64,000 nt of DNA from Fidelibacterota bacterium (GTDB lineage Bacteria; Fidelibacterota; UBA8477; JABMPR01): contig JABHBL010000056.1 of the NCBI GenBank assembly GCA_018673925.1, positions 69,256 to 133,255 of the forward strand, given 5' to 3'. Under the pieces are notes generated by a model. That model ran no database searches. It had not been told where the DNA came from and was given only the letters and a program-made list of their open reading frames with translations. The translations under genes were made by a program, and so were the position numbers. Of this stretch, positions 27,407 to 34,911 are shown in pieces. Position 1 is the stretch's first letter. Each line of letters opens with the position of its first letter.

Positions 27407-28236
27407 TATTCCACCAACCCACTTCTATTCGCGAATTTATTGAGCTGAGCTCTAGACTTTCAGATCAGTTCATAACGCTTCTAGCAGGCGGAACTGATTT
27501 ATTGCCTCGTTATGAACGTGGTCAAGCCATGCCCGATCATCTCATCGATCTAAAAAAACTGTCTGATCTTTACCATATCAACATCAAAGATGATACAATC
27601 CAGATTGGCGCCTTAACCAGTATCCAGACTATTCAGGACAATCAACTGATCCAATCTGAATTTTCGGCCTTGTATACGGCAGCTGTTGATTTTGCTGGCG
27701 CGCAAATCCGTCATAGAGGAACGATTGGGGGTAACATTGTTAATGCTTCTCCAGCTGGAGATTTGTTGCCGGCACTCTATGCTTTTGAATCCATACTCAC
27801 GCTCATCGGACCAGAGGGCGAGCGACAACTACCAATTCAAAATTTTATCCTGGGTCCTGGAAAAACAGCCTTGAAGCAGAGTGAAATTCTAGTGTCAATC
27901 ACCCTAAAACGAAACGGTTATAAATCAACTTTCCAAAAAGTGGGTCTCAGACAATCTATGGCAATTTCTGTGGCGAATGTGGCCTTTGTTTATTCAGGAA
28001 AAGCCGGTGCTTTTGACCATTTGGAAATAGCCTGCGGATCGGTGGCCCCCACCGTAGCCATCCTGAATAAATTGACCAGTACAATTCTCGATAAAACCAG
28101 CAAACCAGAAGATTGGCCCAAACTGATTGAGGCAGATATTTCGCCCATTGATGATATCAGGGCCACAGCAAAATATCGAAAACAGGTCGTGATCAAATTG
28201 GTACAGGCATTTTTGAAGGGACAACTCGATGTTTAA
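27403..28236 (+). CDS. FAD-binding (CO dehydrogenase flavoprotein-like) medium subunit of an XDH-family enzyme
   Basis: 277 aa. LLAGGTDLLP and RHRGTIGGNIVNASPAGD motifs. C-terminal KYRKQV. Confidence 0.88.
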   Translation: MIFHQPTSIREFIELSSRLSDQFITLLAGGTDLLPRYERGQAMPDHLIDLKKLSDLYHINIKDDTIQIGALTSIQTIQDNQLIQSEFSALYTAAVDFAGAQIRHRGTIGGNIVNASPAGDLLPALYAFESILTLIGPEGERQLPIQNFILGPGKTALKQSEILVSITLKRNGYKSTFQKVGLRQSMAISVANVAFVYSGKAGAFDHLEIACGSVAPTVAILNKLTSTILDKTSKPEDWPKLIEADISPIDDIRATAKYRKQVVIKLVQAFLKGQLDV

Positions 28237-28507
28237 GACGACTAACCGGAAAAAATGGTCTGAAATCAGAGAAAAGGGAAAGTGGAATTATATACTCAAT
28301 TATGGAGTCCTCAGGTTTGGTATATCAACCTGGACCATAATGATGGTATACTTTTGGGTTTTTCAACCCATCGAAGAACGCCTGATATTCACTGTTGTAT
28401 CGCTCATAACTTTCCCCCTGGCAGGCTTAGCATGGGGAAGATGGATGTGGTTTTATCTGGAAAAACTTTACTCAAAATTACCCGACTCCAATGAGGATCA
28501 GAAATAA
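28229..28507 (+). CDS. Small two-helix membrane protein (92 aa), function unknown
   Basis: ATG overlaps the FAD-subunit stop by 8 nt, and its stop is 3 nt before the ygfK ATG. Two hydrophobic helices (ILNYGVLRFGISTWTIMMVYFWVF; LIFTVVSLITFPLAGLAWGRWMWFYL). Confidence 0.55.
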   Translation: MFKTTNRKKWSEIREKGKWNYILNYGVLRFGISTWTIMMVYFWVFQPIEERLIFTVVSLITFPLAGLAWGRWMWFYLEKLYSKLPDSNEDQK

Positions 28508-28510
28508 TTT

Positions 28511-31500
28511 ATGAATGATAAACTCTACCCTGTTTCCATTCAACATCTGGTCAAGTGGATGTTATCAGAGCTCAATGGTGACCAGCTGTTTGGTATCCAA
28601 AAAGACCTTTTCTTCACGCCTGACGAAAGCGACCCTTTCCGCATGCAACGTTATGGACAGATGCTGGAAACCCCTATCGGTGTGGCTGCAGGACCACATA
28701 CTCAGCTTTCCCAAAACATCATTGCTGCTTGGTTGTGTGGAGCCCGCTATATGGAGCTCAAGACAGTTCAGACTCTAGATGAGCTGGAGGTCAGCAAGCC
28801 CTGTATTGACATGCAGGATGAAGGTTATAACTGTGAGTGGTCCCAGGAACTAAAGCTAAAACAATCCCTGGATGAGTATCTCAATGCCTGGATAGCCGTT
28901 CATATCCTGAAGGATTATCTCGGGTGGAATTCTAATCAGGGAGTCGGTGTCATATTTAACATGAGTGTTGGTTATGATCTCGCTGGCATCATGAGACCCA
29001 ATGTCCAACAGTTCATGGACCGCATGGAAAACAGCCAGGATTTACTGAATGAGAAGTTGAATCTCATCGAATCCATTTACCCAAACATTAAAAACCTGAA
29101 TATCCCTGCGCGCATGACGGACAATATCACCCTATCCACCATGCACGGCTGTCCCCCTGATGAGATTGAGCGTATTGCCACCTATCTCATCAAAGAACGA
29201 AAATATCATACAGCAGTAAAATTGAACCCAACATTACTGGGTCCAGAACACCTGCGACAAATATTGAACCACGATCTGGGCTATGAAGCTTCCGTTGTAC
29301 CAGACGAGGCTTTTGAGCACGATTTAAAATATCCAGACGCTCTGAATCTCATTAATAATCTTCAAACTCATGCTGATAAAACAGGTGTAGAATTTGGACT
29401 AAAGTTGACCAATACTCTAGAAGTTCAAAATCACCGACCTGTTTTTCCTGAAAATGAAACCATGATGTATCTCAGTGGTCGGGCGCTGCATCCCATCAGT
29501 ATTAATCTCGCAGCAAAACTGCAGAAAGACTTTAATGGAAAATTAGATCTATCCTTTTCTGCTGGCGCAGATGCATTCAATGTAGCTGATATTCTGGAAT
29601 GCAATCTTCGTCCAGTTACAACCTGTACTGATGTTTTAAAGCCAGGCGGTTATACACGACTGGGTCAGTATCTGGACAATTTGCAACAAGCCATGCAGGA
29701 TGCAGAAGCCGAGAACCTGGGTAAGTTCATACTGGGAAGTGATGATGAGTCTCAAGACATCAATAAGTCCGGCTTAAACAAGCTGATGGAATATGCTAAA
29801 CGAGTGATTCACAATCCACACTATCACAAACATAGCCACCATTTTGATTCTATTAAAACCGCACGTCATTTAGGGACTTTCGACTGTATTTCGGCTCCAT
29901 GTGTTGATGCCTGTGCTGCAGATCAAAATATCCCCGAATATCTCTACCATACTTCACAGGGTGATTTTGACAAAGCTTTCGAAGCAATTCAAGATACCAA
30001 CCCACTTCCTGGCGTCACAGGAAATGTCTGTGACCATTTGTGTCAATTGAAATGTACCAGAAACAATTATGATTCACCCCTCTTGATCCGTGAGATCAAA
30101 CGCTTCGTAACAGAACATGAAATCACAAAAATTAATACTCCCAATGTCTCAGGACATGGACACGAGGTGACAGTGATTGGAGCAGGACCAGCTGGATTAT
30201 CCTGTGCCTATTTCTTGGCCAAACAAGGTATCCATGTTGATGTCTACGAGAGCAAATCATTCGTAGGGGGCATGGTCTCGGGTGCTATTCCAGAATTCAG
30301 GTTAAGTGATGAAACCATTAATCTTGATATTGATGTTCTAAAGAATTTAGGGGTTAATTTTCATTTTGATTGCCCTGTAGGTCCTGATCTTTATAAGCAA
30401 ATTCAAGAATCGAGTGATGATGTATTTATAGGTGTTGGTGCTCAACGCGCCTTGACGCTTGGAGTTGAAGGGGAGAACCTCTCTGGCGTCCTGAACCCTC
30501 TGGAATTTCTCGCTGAAGTCAGGTTGGGAGCTCGTCCTGACCTGGGTCAGAACATTGCTATCATAGGTGGTGGCAACACTGCTATGGATGCAGCCCGCAC
30601 ATCGCTTCGATTGGCAGGTGAATCTGCTACCGTCAGCGTTATCTATCGGCGAACCATGTCAGAGATGCCAGCTGATATTGATGAAATCGAAGCTGCGCTG
30701 GCGGAAGGCATCACCTTCCATGAACTCATTGCACCCTTAAGTTTTGAAGGGGATGGCCAGGTCAAACAGATTCATTGCCAGAAAATGGAATTGGGTGAGC
30801 CAGATGCCAGCGGTCGCCGCCGTCCCGTACCTCTGGATGGTGAATTCCTAAAATTTCCTGTTGATACTGTGATTCCGGCAATTGGACAGGCCATTAGTGT
30901 GGATTTTATTGGTGAAGATGATCTTCAGGTGAACTATGCAACCTGTACAACCGCTATCCCCCATGTTTATGCCGGCGGCGATGCTGTGCGGGGTGCCTCC
31001 AGCGTCATCAATGCTATTGGAGATGGGCAAATCGCAGCCCGACACATACTCCACAGTATTGAAGCATCTCCAGCACGACCTAAAAATGCTCCTCGTCTTA
31101 TATCCATAGATGATTTAAAGAAAAAAGCTGCGAACAGAGAGTATGGAATTACGCCCCCTCTGGCAGATCACGACAAGTCCAAAGAGTTTCCTGAGGTTCA
31201 TCGCACCCTCACCAGGGCAGAAGCCATTGAAGAAGCCAGTCGCTGTCTATTGTGTGATGACTATTGCAGCGTCTGTGTTGGAGTCTGTCCCAATCTCGCT
31301 AATCTCACCTATATGGTGGAACCTGTGAAATACGATGTTCATGAAATAGAAGTCATTGGGAAAGAACAAATCACCAAAAACACCGGATATCTTGAGCTCA
31401 ATCAGGAACCACAGATCTTGAACATTGGTGATTTCTGCAATGAGTGCGGTAATTGCACCACCTTTTGCCCAACTGCCGGGGATCCCTATCTTGATAAACC

Positions 31501-31795
31501 GCGCTTACATCTGTCCAAACAAAGCTACCATGAATCAAACACAGGTTACCTGATTTCTGATAACTCCATTCTAATGAAAAACGAAAACTATGAGGCTTCA
31601 GTTATCCACCAAAATGGAGACTACCTTTTCTCGTCTCCCCTGGTTCAGGTCAGTTTTGATGGCGCGTCAAAAAAGCTTAACTTCTTCAAATCAGAAAATG
31701 GAAAAGTAAGTACCCGAGAGCCTCTTGAAATGATTGTACTCTATGAAAATCTTAAAGACCACCCTATACTAGTTGGACACGAATCTCACGAATGA
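28511..31795 (+). CDS. ygfK: YgfK-type large Fe-S flavoprotein ('putative selenate reductase subunit YgfK' family)
   Basis: 1094 aa, collinear with E. coli YgfK as recalled (GPHTQL.QNI, ELKTVQ, STMHGCPP.EIE, VKLNPTLLG, DIPEY, VIGAGPAGL, GGGNTAMD, C-terminal CxxCxxxCxxCxxxCP ferredoxin motifs). Confidence 0.92.
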   Translation: MNDKLYPVSIQHLVKWMLSELNGDQLFGIQKDLFFTPDESDPFRMQRYGQMLETPIGVAAGPHTQLSQNIIAAWLCGARYMELKTVQTLDELEVSKPCIDMQDEGYNCEWSQELKLKQSLDEYLNAWIAVHILKDYLGWNSNQGVGVIFNMSVGYDLAGIMRPNVQQFMDRMENSQDLLNEKLNLIESIYPNIKNLNIPARMTDNITLSTMHGCPPDEIERIATYLIKERKYHTAVKLNPTLLGPEHLRQILNHDLGYEASVVPDEAFEHDLKYPDALNLINNLQTHADKTGVEFGLKLTNTLEVQNHRPVFPENETMMYLSGRALHPISINLAAKLQKDFNGKLDLSFSAGADAFNVADILECNLRPVTTCTDVLKPGGYTRLGQYLDNLQQAMQDAEAENLGKFILGSDDESQDINKSGLNKLMEYAKRVIHNPHYHKHSHHFDSIKTARHLGTFDCISAPCVDACAADQNIPEYLYHTSQGDFDKAFEAIQDTNPLPGVTGNVCDHLCQLKCTRNNYDSPLLIREIKRFVTEHEITKINTPNVSGHGHEVTVIGAGPAGLSCAYFLAKQGIHVDVYESKSFVGGMVSGAIPEFRLSDETINLDIDVLKNLGVNFHFDCPVGPDLYKQIQESSDDVFIGVGAQRALTLGVEGENLSGVLNPLEFLAEVRLGARPDLGQNIAIIGGGNTAMDAARTSLRLAGESATVSVIYRRTMSEMPADIDEIEAALAEGITFHELIAPLSFEGDGQVKQIHCQKMELGEPDASGRRRPVPLDGEFLKFPVDTVIPAIGQAISVDFIGEDDLQVNYATCTTAIPHVYAGGDAVRGASSVINAIGDGQIAARHILHSIEASPARPKNAPRLISIDDLKKKAANREYGITPPLADHDKSKEFPEVHRTLTRAEAIEEASRCLLCDDYCSVCVGVCPNLANLTYMVEPVKYDVHEIEVIGKEQITKNTGYLELNQEPQILNIGDFCNECGNCTTFCPTAGDPYLDKPRLHLSKQSYHESNTGYLISDNSILMKNENYEASVIHQNGDYLFSSPLVQVSFDGASKKLNFFKSENGKVSTREPLEMIVLYENLKDHPILVGHESHE
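31777..31794. repeat. Left inverted repeat of GxxExxY cassette 2 (overlaps the last codons of ygfK)
   Basis: ACACGAATCTCACGAATG with ACGAA pentamers 9 nt apart. Pairs imperfectly with 32247-32265. It encodes the C-terminal HESHE of the YgfK ORF. Confidence 0.65.
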
Positions 31796-31847
31796 ACACA
31801 AATAGTCACAAAAAATACGAAATGTATAGAAAGAATCTGACTGGTGA

Positions 31848-32219
31848 ATGACTGAGATAATATATAAGGAATTATCATTTCAAATTGCGGGCTTAGCAAT
31901 GGAAGTCCATAAACAATTGGGATATGGTTTTCTGGAGAAGGTCAATGAAAATGCACTTCGAATCTTACTTTGTAAAAATGGAATACGAGTCAAAACTCAA
32001 CATCCAATAACTGTACGGTTTGAAGGTGAAATTGTTGGACAATATTACGCTGACATGCTTGTTGATGATAAAATAATTTTAGAGTTGAAAGTTGCTGAAA
32101 GAATTAGTGCTGCCCATAAAGCACAGGCGCTAAATTACCTGAAAGGTACTGGTCTAAAACTAGCAATAATACTCAATTTTGGTCCAAAGAAACTGGAAAG
32201 CCACCGTGTGGTCAACTGA
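31848..32219 (+). CDS. GxxExxY-family protein, second copy (motif variant GxxExxN)
   Basis: 123 aa, aligns along its length with the 17380 copy (roughly 35-40% identical by eye). GYGFLEKVNENAL. ADMLVDDKIILELKV. Confidence 0.8.
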   Translation: MTEIIYKELSFQIAGLAMEVHKQLGYGFLEKVNENALRILLCKNGIRVKTQHPITVRFEGEIVGQYYADMLVDDKIILELKVAERISAAHKAQALNYLKGTGLKLAIILNFGPKKLESHRVVN

Positions 32220-32246
32220 AACCCCAATGATTAAAAACCTAAGAAG

Positions 32247-32265
32247 CACTCGTGTAAATTCGTGT
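32247..32265. repeat. Right inverted repeat of GxxExxY cassette 2
   Basis: CACTCGTGTAAATTCGTGT. Its reverse complement ACACGAATTTACACGAGTG matches 31777-31794 with one indel. Confidence 0.65.
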
Positions 32266-32293
32266 GTTATTTTTGCAATTGGTGTCTATTAAA

Positions 32294-33688
32294 ATGTCTA
32301 CAATTCTTATTAAAAATGCTCTCGCTGTTGCCACCATGAATGATTCTCAAGAAGAATTTTCTGGAGGGCATATCCTAATCGAAAATGGTGTGATAAAATC
32401 ATTGGGACCGGATACCCCTGACATTCTAGCTGATAAAACAATCGATGCCACGGGGATGGTGATTACACCTGGTTTCATAAACACCCATCACCACCTCTAT
32501 CAAACCCTTACTCGTAACATTCCTTTAATGCAGGATCAGCCGCTCTTCTCATGGTTATCCAATCACTATGAAGTCTGGCGAGAACTTACCACTGAGGCTG
32601 TTGCGGTGAGCACCAAAACCGGGCTGTTGGAGCTGATGAAAACTGGTGTGACTACCAGCTCAGATCATCTATATCTATTTCCATCTAAAGCCAGCCCGGA
32701 ATTGATCGACACAGAGATCGAAGCTGCAAAAGAACTGGGGATTCGATTTCAACCCACCCGGGGCTCCATGTCCCTTGGTAAATCAAAGGGTGGACTACCA
32801 CCTGATGATGTGGTTCAGACAGAAGATGCCATTCAAAAAGATACAGAAAGATTGCTGGCAAAATATCATGAGGACTCGGAAGGTGCCATGACCCGCATTT
32901 CTCTGGCTCCATGTTCTCCTTTTTCTGTGACAACAAAATTGATGAAACAAACGGCTGCTTTTGCCAGGGGCAACAACCTTCAAATTCATACTCATCTTGC
33001 TGAAACTTTGGATGAAGAGACTTTTTGTCTGGAGAGTTTTGGATTACGACCAGTCGGTCTCATGCAGGAGCTAAATTGGCTTACCTCAAATTCATGGTAT
33101 GCTCATTCCGTGCATTTGAATGATGATGAAATCAGGCTGATGGGTGAAAATCAAGTGGGGATTTCCCATTGTCCATCGTCTAACATGCGCCTGGGCTCGG
33201 GTATTGCCAGGATTCATGAACTTCTGGAGGCTGGAGTCAATGTAAGTCTGGGTGTCGATGGTAGCGCTTCAAACGATTCTGGCGACATGCTGCTGGAAAT
33301 GCGCAACGCCATGCTCATTTCACGGTTGAGAGAGCAAGAGTTATGGCTAACCGCTCGAGATGTTCTTCGTATGGCTACGCGGGGAGGTGCTGCCGCTTTA
33401 GGTCGCAATGATATCGGAGAACTCACGGTAGGGAAGCAGGCTGATCTGGCATTATTCAGCATGGATAACATCGGGCAGGCTGGTAGCCAGTCAGACCCCC
33501 TCGCTGCACTGGTCTTTACCACACGTCAACGTCCAGTGGATTATCTTATCATTGATGGTAAAATCGTCATCAAGCGGGGTACTTCTGAAACAGATGAATC
33601 CACGCTCGTATCAAAACATAATAAGCTTGCCGCTGAGATGCTCCATCGAGCCGAACAGCGTGTCAAAATAGATTTTTCAAGTCATTAA
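32294..33688 (+). CDS. 8-oxoguanine deaminase-like amidohydrolase (guanine/8-oxoguanine/isoxanthopterin deaminase group)
   Basis: Blocks NTHHHLYQTLTR, RGSMSLG...GGLPPD, LAPCSPFSV, HTHLAETLDEE.FC, HCPSSNMRLGSGI, GVDGSASND match 8-oxoguanine deaminase as I recall it. ATG at 32294 is preferred because the track's GTG at 32264 lies inside the repeat. Confidence 0.8.
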   Translation: MSTILIKNALAVATMNDSQEEFSGGHILIENGVIKSLGPDTPDILADKTIDATGMVITPGFINTHHHLYQTLTRNIPLMQDQPLFSWLSNHYEVWRELTTEAVAVSTKTGLLELMKTGVTTSSDHLYLFPSKASPELIDTEIEAAKELGIRFQPTRGSMSLGKSKGGLPPDDVVQTEDAIQKDTERLLAKYHEDSEGAMTRISLAPCSPFSVTTKLMKQTAAFARGNNLQIHTHLAETLDEETFCLESFGLRPVGLMQELNWLTSNSWYAHSVHLNDDEIRLMGENQVGISHCPSSNMRLGSGIARIHELLEAGVNVSLGVDGSASNDSGDMLLEMRNAMLISRLREQELWLTARDVLRMATRGGAAALGRNDIGELTVGKQADLALFSMDNIGQAGSQSDPLAALVFTTRQRPVDYLIIDGKIVIKRGTSETDESTLVSKHNKLAAEMLHRAEQRVKIDFSSH

Positions 33689-33703
33689 CTAGTAGGTCAA
33701 ATC

Positions 33704-34438
33704 ATGTGGTCTTCAATTGAACAAATAATCAAACCGGATTCTCTTAGTGAAGCTTCTGTGTTGCTCAAGGAATCCGGCTCAGTCCTTTTTGCTGGGGGTA
33801 CTTATCTCGTCTCTCAAAAAGACACCGATATAAACACCCTCCTTGACATTAATCATTTGTTAAGCAATCAGATCACAAGGCATGGAGATGAATTTCACTT
33901 AGATGCAGGGTGTACGCTTCAGGAAATTGCCAATTTTGATGATGCGCATCTCAAGAGCGCTATTCTTTCAGCCTGTCCTTCAAAAAACATCCGCAATCAG
34001 CGAACCATTGGTGGTGAAATTGCCAGATCAAGAACCGACTCCGATCTCCTGGTTTTCTTATTCGCTTCCAGGACACAATTATTTCTAAACGAGTCTGAGG
34101 CACCAGTTGAATTGTCTCACTGGAATGGTGAAGGTATTATTGAGAAGATGATCATTCCTGCTCTTGATGTAAAACTTGAACGGGTTGCGCTCTTAGATTC
34201 TGCACCTGCCTTTGTCATAGTTGGTATGAATGAGCAAGCTGATTCCACCGCTATTTGCATTGGAGGTAAATCATCTAAAATCTTGTTCATAGAAACTCGC
34301 TCTGAACCTGATGAGACTGAGATTCGGAAATTTATGGATGATGTGGAATCCTGCTTCAGTGAAGATCATCTAGGGACTCCAGCCTACAAAAGACATCTGG
34401 TTTCTTCATTGCTCCAGGAAATGGCGGTGGTGAAATGA
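33704..34438 (+). CDS. ygfM: YgfM-like FAD-binding subunit
   Basis: 244 aa. FAGGTYL and RNQRTIGGEIA motifs. ATGA overlap with the next gene. Confidence 0.8.
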   Translation: MWSSIEQIIKPDSLSEASVLLKESGSVLFAGGTYLVSQKDTDINTLLDINHLLSNQITRHGDEFHLDAGCTLQEIANFDDAHLKSAILSACPSKNIRNQRTIGGEIARSRTDSDLLVFLFASRTQLFLNESEAPVELSHWNGEGIIEKMIIPALDVKLERVALLDSAPAFVIVGMNEQADSTAICIGGKSSKILFIETRSEPDETEIRKFMDDVESCFSEDHLGTPAYKRHLVSSLLQEMAVVK

Positions 34439-34911
34439 GAGTACAATTCGAGCTGAATGGTCATCTCATTGAGGCAGACCCAGCACCTGGATCCACATTG
34501 ATGGAATATTTGAGGCATGAAGAGCTTCACAGTGTAAAACATGGTTGCGACCATGGAGAATGCGGTGCGTGTACGGTTCTCGTGGACAATAGAAGTATGA
34601 ATGCCTGTCTGATTCTCATGCATACGGTGAATGGACTAAAAATAGAAACCCTTGAAAGCTTTTCAACTCATGAGGAGTTGCATCCACTTCAAAATGATTT
34701 CCTGCATGAGGGTGCTGCACAATGCGGCTTTTGTACACCAGGAATGATTCTCTCCCTGGAAGCTCTGGATCGTGAAGGTGGTGAGATAGAGGAAACCAAT
34801 GTTCGTGATGCCCTCAATGGAAATCTATGTCGATGTACTGGCTATGTTAAGCCTGTAAAGGCTGCACTCACTACCTTACAAAAGTCCAGTAGGTCTGGAG
34901 GTGAGTCATGA
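34435..34911 (+). CDS. (2Fe-2S)-binding small subunit (second set)
   Basis: GCDHGECGACT and QCGFCTPG...CRCTGY motifs. ATGA overlaps on both sides. Confidence 0.92.
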   Translation: MRVQFELNGHLIEADPAPGSTLMEYLRHEELHSVKHGCDHGECGACTVLVDNRSMNACLILMHTVNGLKIETLESFSTHEELHPLQNDFLHEGAAQCGFCTPGMILSLEALDREGGEIEETNVRDALNGNLCRCTGYVKPVKAALTTLQKSSRSGGES

